Below are positions 48,934 through 58,002 of a DNA stretch of 64,000 bases, one piece after another (the stretch's first letter is position 1; the number at the start of each line of letters is the position of its first letter). The position numbers and the translations under genes are program-made. The notes below the pieces were generated by a model. The model saw nothing but the letters and a program-made list of their open reading frames with translations, had not been told where the DNA came from and ran no database searches. The stretch lies in the IMG/VR virus record IMGVR_UViG_3300021963_000023, positions 124,001-188,000 of that record; one strand, given 5' to 3'.

Positions 48934-49578
48934 ATGAAAAAATTATTAGACGTTCGTAATATTTTAATAGTAACATTAGCAGCATCCACGGCGCTGGTGG
49001 CTATAAATCCAAGGGGAATTATGCCAAACAGAACGGTGTATCATCAAAAAATAGACTCTATTCCTTATCCTGTCCATGATACTGTTCCCTATGAGGTTCA
49101 GGTCGAGGTAGAAGTTGAGGTCCCAGTTGAGGTTCAAGTTGAGAAACTAGTTGAAGTTCCGGTGTATCAAAAAATTGATACCGCTGAGATTTTAAAGGTA
49201 TACACAGCAAAAACCGAACATAAAGATGTTATTAAACTTCCAAATAATCAAGGAACCGTTGCTGTTACTGATGTTATTTCTGAAAATAAGGTGGTATCTA
49301 GAACTATTGATAGTGAAATTAAACCCAAAACGGTTAAGGATACCATTTATACCCAAGAACCACCTAAAACAACTTATTATTTAGGGTTTGATGGTAAATT
49401 TGACGACCCTAACTATATTAAACTTCTTGGAGTTGGCTTTATAATTAAAGACAAAAAAGAAAGAATTTATAGAATCACTGGCGGTGTTGAAAATAGGATC
49501 TCAATAGATAGAACAACCGGTGGTTTCACTCCATATATTGGTGGTGGGGTTTACTGGAAAATCGGCAGTAAAAAATAA
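48934..49578 (+). CDS. Membrane-anchored protein with VEVEVPV repeats
   Basis: N-terminal TM; YEVQVEVEVEVPVEVQVEKLVEVPV; C-terminal beta strands ending GGGVYWKI. Confidence 0.6.
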   Translation: MKKLLDVRNILIVTLAASTALVAINPRGIMPNRTVYHQKIDSIPYPVHDTVPYEVQVEVEVEVPVEVQVEKLVEVPVYQKIDTAEILKVYTAKTEHKDVIKLPNNQGTVAVTDVISENKVVSRTIDSEIKPKTVKDTIYTQEPPKTTYYLGFDGKFDDPNYIKLLGVGFIIKDKKERIYRITGGVENRISIDRTTGGFTPYIGGGVYWKIGSKK

Positions 49579-49610
49579 TTTAACATCTCTGTATTAAGAT
49601 GAATTTTATA

Positions 49611-49620
49611 CTTATATTTG
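49611..49620 (+). promoter_or_regulatory. CTTATATTTG (Bacteroidota -7-type promoter), representative site
   Basis: Matches TAnnTTTG; related YTTATATTW at 5503, 40719, 46503, 56628, 57145, 59186, 60099. Confidence 0.6.
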
Positions 49621-49623
49621 GGT

Positions 49624-50073
49624 ATGGGTTCATATATCCTTTTCATTTTTGGGGCGTTTGAAGATCACGACGATCTTGAATTTTTCTGTTTAGAGCACTT
49701 CACCAAGGTATCTGAATCTGGAATCAAATTTGTTATTGAAAGCGGTGGAAATTGTGTTATCATCTTTGATACTGAAAAAGATAAGGAAACACTATCTAAA
49801 GACGTTAAGGAAACGTTATCAATTGAACATATTAAATTTTATTTAATGTTTGAAAAAGACAAGGTGTTTCTTGCTGAATTACCCGAAAATCTAAATAATT
49901 TCATTTTTAAACCTGCAGAAACGGAAGACGATGACTCAATACCGTTCAAAATTAAAATAACATATATTGATACAAACTATGATTTGGACGACATATTAGA
50001 TAAGATCCAAGTCACCGGTATTGAGAGTTTAACAGAAGGAGAAAAAAAATTCTTGGACGAATTTGGAAAATAA
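49624..50073 (+). CDS. Hypothetical protein with DUF6576-like C-terminal motif
   Basis: C-terminal LDDILDKIQVTGIESLTEGEKKFL; TATATTTG promoter at 49613. Confidence 0.6.
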   Translation: MGSYILFIFGAFEDHDDLEFFCLEHFTKVSESGIKFVIESGGNCVIIFDTEKDKETLSKDVKETLSIEHIKFYLMFEKDKVFLAELPENLNNFIFKPAETEDDDSIPFKIKITYIDTNYDLDDILDKIQVTGIESLTEGEKKFLDEFGK

Positions 50074-50111
50074 ATTTATTTTACGTATTTTAGCATAATA
50101 ATAACCTCTAC

Positions 50112-50924
50112 ATGAAAAAGTCTGCACCCATCGTTAAAACTGAAGAAATTCAGTACTACCTAAAGGATTTAAAGAGAATCCCTGTCATCTCTCACGAAAG
50201 AGAGTATGAAATTTTTAAAAGCTTAAAAGAAGACAAGGGTCTGAGTAAGACGGATCGACAGAAATTAATTGATGAGGTTATTACTGGTAACTTACGTTTT
50301 GTTATATCGGTGGCTAAAACATATCAGAATCAAGGATTAGATATTGGTGATTTAATATCTGAAGGTAATATTGGTTTAATAAAAGCAATTGAAAGATATG
50401 ATCTAACATCTGGATTTAAATTTATTTCATATGCGGTGTGGTGGATTAAACAACAGATATTATATTCATTAAATGAGTACTCAAGAACTATTAGAGTACC
50501 GTCTAATGTAATTCAAGATGCACAAAAAGCTAAAAAAATTGATGCTAAAGATGAGGACAAATATTTTATTGAATATTCTCAGGTTGCATTAACGGGTATC
50601 CCAACAACAATAGATTTATTCAGAGAAATAAATGAAGATGGTGACACATTAATAGAGATGATCGCCAACCCTAATTCTGAAATGCCAGATGCTATTGCGA
50701 ATAGTGCTGAAGATCTTAAGCATAGAATAAAGTATATGATGTCTTTTCTAGATGAAAGAGAACGGGCTATTATTGATGGTTATTTTGGACTACTTGGTAG
50801 TGAAAAAAATCTAGAAGATCTAGGTGAAGAGTTTGGTTGTACTAAAGAAAGAATTAGACAATTGAAGGATAAAGCAATAAAAAAACTTAGAAACGAGAGC
50901 TTTTCTCTCCTAAAATATTTATAA
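50112..50924 (+). CDS. RNA polymerase sigma factor, sigma-70 family (RpoD/RpoS-like)
   Basis: Region 1.2 (YYLKDL), region 2 NLRFVISVAK...GDLISEGNIGLIKAIERYD...FISYAVWWIKQ, region 4 LEDLGEEFGCTKERIRQL. Confidence 0.92.
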   Translation: MKKSAPIVKTEEIQYYLKDLKRIPVISHEREYEIFKSLKEDKGLSKTDRQKLIDEVITGNLRFVISVAKTYQNQGLDIGDLISEGNIGLIKAIERYDLTSGFKFISYAVWWIKQQILYSLNEYSRTIRVPSNVIQDAQKAKKIDAKDEDKYFIEYSQVALTGIPTTIDLFREINEDGDTLIEMIANPNSEMPDAIANSAEDLKHRIKYMMSFLDERERAIIDGYFGLLGSEKNLEDLGEEFGCTKERIRQLKDKAIKKLRNESFSLLKYL

Positions 50925-50935
50925 ACTAAACAAAC

Positions 50936-51238
50936 ATGGAAAACATTATTGAATTAATAAAAAAACATAAGATTAAACTATTAACACTTTTAGTTGTAAT
51001 CTTCTTTTTTAAATCTTGTGGAGGCTCTCGTGATCTTAAAAATTTAAACAATAAACATAAGATTGAATTGGATGAGATTAAAAAAAATAATGAGTTAGAG
51101 AAAAATAAAGCATATAAAGAGGGACAAATTAATGCGTTTGATGTTGTCATTGATGACGTTTCAAAAATTGATAGACCACCTGTGTTAATGAATTTACATA
51201 ATAAGTGGATCAGTGATAGAGACAAAGTAAAAAAATAG
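50936..51238 (+). CDS. Putative lipoprotein (o-spanin-like candidate)
   Basis: KKHKIKLLTLLVVIFFFKS|C lipobox-like signal; short helical body. Confidence 0.5.
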   Translation: MENIIELIKKHKIKLLTLLVVIFFFKSCGGSRDLKNLNNKHKIELDEIKKNNELEKNKAYKEGQINAFDVVIDDVSKIDRPPVLMNLHNKWISDRDKVKK

Positions 51239-51243
51239 ATTAA

Positions 51244-52452
51244 ATGAAACATTGGATAGAGAAAAATTATAAAACATTAATAATTGCCGCGTTTTTGGTT
51301 CCGATCATTACTGTGGCAATTGTTTCTATTTCACACGTTACCAAATGGTATGGTATATCTAATCCAGTTAGCTGGGCTTTATATTTGTCTATTGGTATTG
51401 AAATAGCTGCGCTATCAGCATTAGCTGCAATATCTGCGAACATGGGTAACAAGGTATACTTCCCATTTGCGGTTGTGACAATAGTACAATTTATAGGTAA
51501 TATCTATTTTGCTTATTCATATATTGATATCAACGGACAACCATTTAAAGATTGGGTTGGTTTAGTTTCACCTCTAGTTGAATTTATGGGTGTTGAGGCA
51601 AACGACTTTGTGGGTCATAAAAGATTTCTTGCGTTTTTTGCTGGTGGTATGTTACCAATTATTTCTTTATCATTCCTTCACATGTTGGTCAAATTTACAG
51701 AAGAGGATAGAATGAGAGGGCTCGAAAATGATATTGATAAAAAAATTCAAGACAATGTTCTATCTGCTGATGTTGAAGATGAAAACAGTAGACTTAAATT
51801 ATCACAAAGAGATTTGGAAATCTTAGAAAAACATTTAGCTAATCCTAACCCACCAAATGAAGCACTAAAACAAGCGGCAGAAAAACATAGTGAGTTGTTT
51901 AAAGATAAACAAAGAGATTTGTTAGCTGAGATGATGCAAAATGATCAAGAGCTTGGTTTATATGATGAACCATTTGACAATCCATTAATTAAAGAAGATA
52001 AAGAAGATGTTTCTGATTGGGATGTAACCTTAATGGATGGATTAGATGAAGACGAATCATTCTTTACTGATGAGGAGATTGAAAATATTTTACAACAACA
52101 ACCAACAGAAGAGGAAGTACAACAAAATTTTTCCACTATAACCCCTAAAATTGAAAATAATTTCCAGCAAGATTTTGTTCCTGGGTTATCTGATGAGGAG
52201 GTAATGGAAATGAATCAAGATGAGTACGAAAGAAAATTAGATACAGATGATGATTTTGATGGGTTTGTTCCTGAACCATTTGCCACACCAGAAGAAGTTG
52301 AAAAATTTAATTTAGACGAATCAATTAAAGAATATTTTGATGAGAAGGAAGAAGACCCGGCAATAGAAATAATTGATAATGAGATTTTATCAGATGAGCT
52401 TTATGAAGAGGTTGACGATTCTGATGAGGATGACCTAAAAAAAAAATCATAG
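51244..52452 (+). CDS. Four-TM membrane protein with long acidic C-terminal tail (holin-like candidate)
   Basis: 4 hydrophobic segments in first ~150 aa; D/E-rich tail; ends KKKS across an A10 run. Confidence 0.6.
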   Translation: MKHWIEKNYKTLIIAAFLVPIITVAIVSISHVTKWYGISNPVSWALYLSIGIEIAALSALAAISANMGNKVYFPFAVVTIVQFIGNIYFAYSYIDINGQPFKDWVGLVSPLVEFMGVEANDFVGHKRFLAFFAGGMLPIISLSFLHMLVKFTEEDRMRGLENDIDKKIQDNVLSADVEDENSRLKLSQRDLEILEKHLANPNPPNEALKQAAEKHSELFKDKQRDLLAEMMQNDQELGLYDEPFDNPLIKEDKEDVSDWDVTLMDGLDEDESFFTDEEIENILQQQPTEEEVQQNFSTITPKIENNFQQDFVPGLSDEEVMEMNQDEYERKLDTDDDFDGFVPEPFATPEEVEKFNLDESIKEYFDEKEEDPAIEIIDNEILSDELYEEVDDSDEDDLKKKS

Positions 52453-52685
52453 AGAGTCCTTTACCTACAGAAACACCTTTACCCACGGAAACATTAAACC
52501 CAACTAGTACACCAGAACCAACTAGTACAATGTTTCCAACTGATACACCAGTACCAACGCCAACATTAACGGAGACGCCAACTCCAACACCAACAAATTT
52601 TGTTGAAGACACACCAAGGATATTAATTGGTGGTTTTAAAACGATACAAAGAAATGTTAGAAATTCTAGACGCAGGAGCTTTTAA
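52434..52685 (+). CDS. Pro/Thr-rich -1-frame extension of 51244 gene (candidate frameshift product; not in ORF track)
   Basis: -1 frame opens right after TGA at 52431 and reads IIESPLPTETPLPTETLNPTSTPEPTSTMFPTDTPVPTPTLTETPTPTPTNFVED...RRRSF*; no start codon near its 5' end. Confidence 0.6.
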   Translation, partial: PKKKIIESPLPTETPLPTETLNPTSTPEPTSTMFPTDTPVPTPTLTETPTPTPTNFVEDTPRILIGGFKTIQRNVRNSRRRSF

Positions 52686-53268
52686 ACCCAAAACAAAAAA
52701 TAAGAAATATAAGAAATCACAAATCCTTTTATATGACACTAAAAGGAAATATGATGATTTTATTAAAATGTTAAAATATAGAAGAAATGGGAATTATGAT
52801 GACATCCCTCATTTTTGTGTTACAAAAAGTGGTAAGGTTTATAAAATATTGGACCCCGAATATTCTTCAACAACTTTTAACAATAATAATGTAGATCGAA
52901 AGCAAATTAAAATTGCGGTTGAAAATCTGGGGTGGTTAAATAAAAATACAATCACCGGGGTATATAACAACTGGATTAATGACCCATTTAGGGGCACGCC
53001 ACACGTTAGAGGATGGAGAGGATACTTCTATTGGGATTTGTACACAGAAGACCAATTAAACACCTTAGCTGAGCTTTGTTTTGTACTATGTGTTAAATAT
53101 AGTATTACCTATCGCTGCGTCCCATCGTCAGGATATATTGAAAACGCAAAAAACATTGATGGAATAGTCAGTAAATCAAATTTCTTTGATATTTATACAG
53201 ATATAAACCCTTCGTTTAATTTTAATATATTTGAAGAAAATGTCAAACAAGCAGAATCTAGGATATGA
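52654..53268 (+). CDS. N-acetylmuramoyl-L-alanine amidase (Amidase_2/PGRP-fold), degenerate Zn ligands
   Basis: IPHFCVTKSGKVY, IAVEN, LYTEDQLNTLAELCFVLC helix, D.NP; first His motif replaced by LLYDT. Confidence 0.6.
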   Translation: MLEILDAGAFKPKTKNKKYKKSQILLYDTKRKYDDFIKMLKYRRNGNYDDIPHFCVTKSGKVYKILDPEYSSTTFNNNNVDRKQIKIAVENLGWLNKNTITGVYNNWINDPFRGTPHVRGWRGYFYWDLYTEDQLNTLAELCFVLCVKYSITYRCVPSSGYIENAKNIDGIVSKSNFFDIYTDINPSFNFNIFEENVKQAESRI

Positions 53269-53728
53269 TGGTATAAAAAGGATGCTCAATACAATGAGAA
53301 CCCTTAGTGAAAACACAGCATCAAAAGCAATCCTAAAAGAAGAAGAAGAACAGAAAGTAAACAACTTAGTAATAGGTAATAACGTTGAAATCAAAGTCCA
53401 TAGCTCAGACCAACAAGATCTTGAGGTAACTGAGGAAGAAAAAAACTCCCTAAATCAATTAATTGAGAACTTTAAGACTCAGGTTAGCGAAATCGCATCC
53501 TTTGATGAGGGATTTAATATATACACCAATAGTGTTAGATTAGATGGCTCGGTAGGTGAGGATCTAGGCTTTGTATTTATTGCTGGTGAAGAAAGAGGCT
53601 TGTACATTAATGCTGATATGTTGAAAATGGATAACGAAATGGCTTCAGTATTGGAAAAACTAAATAAGTTTCAACACACATATGAAGATGTGGTTAATGA
53701 AATGATGAATACCAGAAAAACAAATTAA
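53240..53728 (+). CDS. Hypothetical protein (head-associated candidate)
   Basis: ATG at 53240; N-terminal IKRMLNTMR amphipathic helix. Confidence 0.65.
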   Translation: MSNKQNLGYDGIKRMLNTMRTLSENTASKAILKEEEEQKVNNLVIGNNVEIKVHSSDQQDLEVTEEEKNSLNQLIENFKTQVSEIASFDEGFNIYTNSVRLDGSVGEDLGFVFIAGEERGLYINADMLKMDNEMASVLEKLNKFQHTYEDVVNEMMNTRKTN

Positions 53729-53729
53729 A

Positions 53730-53969
53730 ATGGCTTTAAATAACGAAGATAAAAAAGAGATAGAAAAAATTGTTAAGAAGGAAATTACAAACTTCTTAGA
53801 CACAACTAAAGCTCATGACATTGTTGTTAAAATCATTCAAAAAGAGCTGGGTGTTAGAAAAATCGATGATAAAATTATTGATCTATCAACTAAGGTTGTT
53901 GTTGAGTTGTTCAAGACTTTATGGCAAAGAAAAGGATTCTGGGAGTCTGCTCTTAAAAGCGTAAAATAA
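53730..53969 (+). CDS. Small hypothetical helical protein (79 aa)
   Basis: Coupled ORF. Confidence 0.7.
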   Translation: MALNNEDKKEIEKIVKKEITNFLDTTKAHDIVVKIIQKELGVRKIDDKIIDLSTKVVVELFKTLWQRKGFWESALKSVK

Positions 53970-55060
53970 TGCTAGAAAACGAAAAAAAATCAAAACCAAA
54001 TTTAAAAGGTGAGATGGATGAGCTACAAAGGGCTTCTCAAGATCTTAGCCGTGATTATGGTATTGATGTGGGTGTTAATGAATTAGTCAAAGCATTTAAT
54101 TCCTCAACAGAGGAAACAATCTCTAAAGATATTTGGGAAAAATTACAAAACACAGAATCCAATGAAGTAGAAAAGGGTGACTTTAAAGCCGTTGAGGAAA
54201 TCGCTAAAAAATATGATAAAACAAACCCTAAAATATTAGCAAAGGCTTTAAAATCAGGTAAGTACAATAGACCTTTAATTATTAATATAGGTGACAATTA
54301 CATTTTAGTTGCTGGTAACACAAGACTATGTACTGCTGCTGCTATGGGAATGAAACCCAAGGTGTTTATTGGTAAGGTTAATATAGGTGGTAATGATGTT
54401 GATATAAATGAGATAAAAAATCTAAAAGGTAATCAAAAAGACATGGTTTATGGAATAGTAAACATTGTTAAGAAGGTTGTTGATATGGATAATAGGAGAA
54501 AGATTGCTGATGACATGATTAAACAATTCAAAAGAGAGAACATTGATTTTAATTATGATGAATTTTTAAATATGTGTGGATGTAATAAAAAAGTGGAAGC
54601 CAAAGAAATGACTGGCGCTGATTCATCTGGAGCTTTTAGTGCTCCTGCTTTCGGTGGTAAAAAAACAGTTGTTAACAAAATACACAATATGACTGAGGAA
54701 GAAGAATTAGATGAGATAACCGATGCTAGTTCTTCTGGTTCATATGATGTACCATTGTTTGGTGGTACCAAGGGACGTAAAAACCCATTGAGTATTGGTG
54801 GACCGGATAGTATATATAAAGGTAGAGCAGTTAAGGATAAAAAATTTCCTAAATGGGGAGGACCCGGTGGTAAATTTGTTAAAATAAAAGACAAATGTAA
54901 AAAGTTTCCTTATTGTACACAAGGTGATATGAGTGCTTTAGATTTGATGGAATCACAAGAGATTAAATCAGCAATTGGGGAAACAGCAAAGAAATACGGG
55001 TTATCAAATAAAGAAGTTAGCGATTTAGTATTAAATCAGATTAAAGAGATATTTATTTAG
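53969..55060 (+). CDS. ParB/Srx-like nuclease-fold domain protein with additional low-complexity modules
   Basis: RPLIINIGDNYILVAGNTRLCTA is ParB-like; twin EMTGADSSGAF / EITDASSSGSY motif. Confidence 0.5.
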   Translation: MLENEKKSKPNLKGEMDELQRASQDLSRDYGIDVGVNELVKAFNSSTEETISKDIWEKLQNTESNEVEKGDFKAVEEIAKKYDKTNPKILAKALKSGKYNRPLIINIGDNYILVAGNTRLCTAAAMGMKPKVFIGKVNIGGNDVDINEIKNLKGNQKDMVYGIVNIVKKVVDMDNRRKIADDMIKQFKRENIDFNYDEFLNMCGCNKKVEAKEMTGADSSGAFSAPAFGGKKTVVNKIHNMTEEEELDEITDASSSGSYDVPLFGGTKGRKNPLSIGGPDSIYKGRAVKDKKFPKWGGPGGKFVKIKDKCKKFPYCTQGDMSALDLMESQEIKSAIGETAKKYGLSNKEVSDLVLNQIKEIFI

Positions 55061-55061
55061 T

Positions 55062-56603
55062 ATGGAAAACATAAATTTAAAAGATATTATTGAAGAGACC
55101 ATAAGAAAAGAGGTTAAAAGAGCTATTTTAGAGAGCACAACCCCTAAAGAAGTCTATATCATAAAAAATAAAAAGGGTGAACCAGTTGAAGTTTGTCAGA
55201 CTCAAGAAGAGGCTGAAGAAAAGAAAGCGGGATATGAATCAAAGCACCCAGAACAAGAATTAATAATAGAACCAGGTGAGGAACCAACGTTCGACGAATT
55301 AGACGCAATGTCAGAAAAATTAGATAACATGGAAAATACCGAAGAAAAATCAAAACAACATAAAGGCCATTTCACAATGGAACAAGTAATGAAATTAGCT
55401 GAAAAAGCTGGTGAAACAATGCCAGATGCGAAAGGAGATTTCGAAGAACTATGTGAAACACACGGTGAAAAAATCCCTGCACAAAATGTTTTTGATGTTT
55501 TAGAAGATTATGACATGTCAGAGTTAATGTCTAAGATTAAGGTTAAAAATGCAGAACCTAAAGAAGGGCAATTTATGTCTCCAGAAATATCTGTAGATGA
55601 GTTATATGGTAATCAAGATAACCTTGATGTTGATCACGATGGTGAAATTGAAGCAAGTGATTTAGCCGCATTGAGAAAAGGTGAGCATGCAGAAGAAGAG
55701 GACTGTGATGAGTGTGGTGGTGGATCAATGGAGGAAAGTAAAGGTAAAAAAACATATTACCACGTATTAGAAGATGGGGGTTATGGTGATATAGGGTATC
55801 AAGGTGTTTATGACACTGAAGAAGAGGCTAAAAGTAGAGTACATAGCTTAGCTGATATGTTCCCTAATTCTTCCTTTTATTTTGAAGCTTCAAATAGTGA
55901 AAAGGAACCTTATAGTGTTACGTCTTCAAAATATAATCCTGACGATGATATAGATGAGGAAGAAGCTGAGGTTTGTGAAACATGTGGTAAGGAAATGTGT
56001 GAGTGCGGTTCAGGAATTTATGAGTCTAAAAAATCAGTTAGATTAAGCGAATCTGAACTTGTTAAGTTAATTTCAGGTATGGTTAACGAAGCGGTACCAG
56101 GTTTAACTGCTTTCCAAAAAGCACACAAAGAAAGTGGATCACAAAACAAACAAGCCCTTTCAGATGTAGAAAAAAGAATTAAAGATTATTTGACATTCGA
56201 CGGTAATGATAACCCAGAATTTCCTGGGCATAACGAAGGTGATGTTGAAGCGAGACAATCCACTGGTGATGAGGCTGATGAGATTGCAGATAATAGAGGT
56301 GGTGGTTTAGAAGATTTAGATTATGATGTTGAACCATCAGATAAGTTTAAAGAAAGATTAGAAATGTCTCTTAAGGGTGATGTTAAAATGGGTAATGCTC
56401 AGAAAGACGTTGCGAACGTTATTCCTAGTGACTTAGGAGATAAGATGATCAAGAAGGTTAAAAGAAGAAAAGAAGCTAAAGAAGCGGCTCCTATGTATGT
56501 TAAAGACCCTGCTCCAATTAAGAATGTTAATGAATCAGCAGTAATATCTGAGGAAATTAAAAGAATGAAGGAGATGCTTATGTACAACAAAAAAACTCAA
56601 TAA
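55062..56603 (+). CDS. Very acidic protein with EF-hand-like loop, prohead core/scaffold-like
   Basis: LDVDHDGEIEASDLAALRK EF-hand/dockerin-like loop; CxxC motifs; terminal EEIKRMKEML helix. Confidence 0.5.
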   Translation: MENINLKDIIEETIRKEVKRAILESTTPKEVYIIKNKKGEPVEVCQTQEEAEEKKAGYESKHPEQELIIEPGEEPTFDELDAMSEKLDNMENTEEKSKQHKGHFTMEQVMKLAEKAGETMPDAKGDFEELCETHGEKIPAQNVFDVLEDYDMSELMSKIKVKNAEPKEGQFMSPEISVDELYGNQDNLDVDHDGEIEASDLAALRKGEHAEEEDCDECGGGSMEESKGKKTYYHVLEDGGYGDIGYQGVYDTEEEAKSRVHSLADMFPNSSFYFEASNSEKEPYSVTSSKYNPDDDIDEEEAEVCETCGKEMCECGSGIYESKKSVRLSESELVKLISGMVNEAVPGLTAFQKAHKESGSQNKQALSDVEKRIKDYLTFDGNDNPEFPGHNEGDVEARQSTGDEADEIADNRGGGLEDLDYDVEPSDKFKERLEMSLKGDVKMGNAQKDVANVIPSDLGDKMIKKVKRRKEAKEAAPMYVKDPAPIKNVNESAVISEEIKRMKEMLMYNKKTQ

Positions 56604-56646
56604 CGCTTTTTTTCCGTTTCTTTTATCCTTATATTAAAGGTATGTT

Positions 56647-57102
56647 ATGGATATGAGAAAAGATCAAAGTTATTTAGAGTTTATTGCATCTGAAAATTTT
56701 CGCAATCAAGCCGAAGTTTGGTATAAAGCCTATAATATTATTAGGGAAAAAACGGAATTATTTCATGATTTTGTTAACTCACTTTATGAGGCTATAGACG
56801 AGACCTATCTGGGTCAAGATATTGTTATCACCGAATATCAACAAAAACAACACTTTGAGTGGTGTTGGAAAAAAGTTATCCACAATTTCGAAAAAGAATC
56901 AATCTATTTCAAAGAAACCGGTCAACACTATTCATATATGTGGAACTTCTTTAATGAAGCTTACTATATGAATGACAATACACAAAACAGGATCAAAGAG
57001 TATTTCCGAAGATTATTCCAATTTGACTACAAGAAAACCAGATCCGAGCTTGATATGCTTACTGAAATTTATAAGATTTTAGATTCAAATATCAAAAAGT
57101 AG
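56647..57102 (+). CDS. Hypothetical protein (151 aa)
   Basis: ATG ORF after CTTATATTA motif. Confidence 0.75.
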   Translation: MDMRKDQSYLEFIASENFRNQAEVWYKAYNIIREKTELFHDFVNSLYEAIDETYLGQDIVITEYQQKQHFEWCWKKVIHNFEKESIYFKETGQHYSYMWNFFNEAYYMNDNTQNRIKEYFRRLFQFDYKKTRSELDMLTEIYKILDSNIKK

Positions 57103-57174
57103 AAAAATATCTCGTTTTTCACTTTAAAAAACCAATATTTTTAATTATATTTTATTAAATAAAACAAATTTTTA

Positions 57175-57363
57175 ATGGAAACTTTAAAGAAAATAAAAGA
57201 TTTGGTTGAAAAAATGTCCGTTGATACTGAGAAGGTTTTTACCAAAGGTAATCGAAGTGCATCTATACGCGCCAGAAAACATTCCCAAGAGCTTAAAGCT
57301 ATGATTGGAGTATACAGAAAAGAAATCTTAGAAGAAATAAAAAGACATGATGAAAATAGTTAG
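57175..57363 (+). CDS. Histone H1-like nucleoid protein, Hc1 family
   Basis: KGNRSASIRARKHSQELKAM...YRKE matches the Hc1-family GNKAAG.RARK...EL pattern. Confidence 0.75.
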   Translation: METLKKIKDLVEKMSVDTEKVFTKGNRSASIRARKHSQELKAMIGVYRKEILEEIKRHDENS

Positions 57364-57529
57364 CATATTTTTTTGCATACTTAGTGCCATATTTTTACTA
57401 AGGTATGTTTCACAGTTTTTACTTGCCCTGCGAGATGAAAACCCAAAACCAATAACGATTAATAAGGTTACTGAAATATTTATTTATATAGCAGTTTCCT
57501 ATATTATAACATTTTTAATCACATTATAG
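57347..57529 (+). CDS. Small two-TM membrane protein
   Basis: Two hydrophobic segments in 60 aa. Confidence 0.6.
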   Translation: MMKIVSIFFCILSAIFLLRYVSQFLLALRDENPKPITINKVTEIFIYIAVSYIITFLITL

Positions 57530-58002
57530 TGTACGAATTAATTTCAAACCTCAGACCATATTTTCATTCATTAAGAGAAATAGACAGAAATGTTAGTTTA
57601 GATATAAAGATCCCAACAACATGGAGACTAGAACACGTACAACAGGTTGTTGGACAGTACAAGTCAATGTCATTAAAAGTTCAAGATAAAAACGATAAGT
57701 ATCAATTGGTATCGCTGGTATCATTAGCAACACAAGAAGGATATGATACAGCAAGATCTTGTGCCAGTGAAATCATTAAACACAATATTGAACTAGAACA
57801 AAAAGAAAAACTTTTTAAAGAAAAGGTTAGAGAACTAGAAATGTTATTTAGAAGTGAATCATTAGATAAATTAAAAGATATAAATTTTTTAGAAGAACAT
57901 GGGCAAGAAAATTCAACAGGGATTGGATTGGTTATCGAAGGAGATGGAGAAGGATCAAAAGGAGATCCAGAACCACAGAAAAAAGTTAGTACACCAGATT
58001 AA
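57529..58002 (+). CDS. Hypothetical protein (157 aa)
   Basis: GTG start overlapping previous TAG. Confidence 0.65.
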   Translation: MYELISNLRPYFHSLREIDRNVSLDIKIPTTWRLEHVQQVVGQYKSMSLKVQDKNDKYQLVSLVSLATQEGYDTARSCASEIIKHNIELEQKEKLFKEKVRELEMLFRSESLDKLKDINFLEEHGQENSTGIGLVIEGDGEGSKGDPEPQKKVSTPD

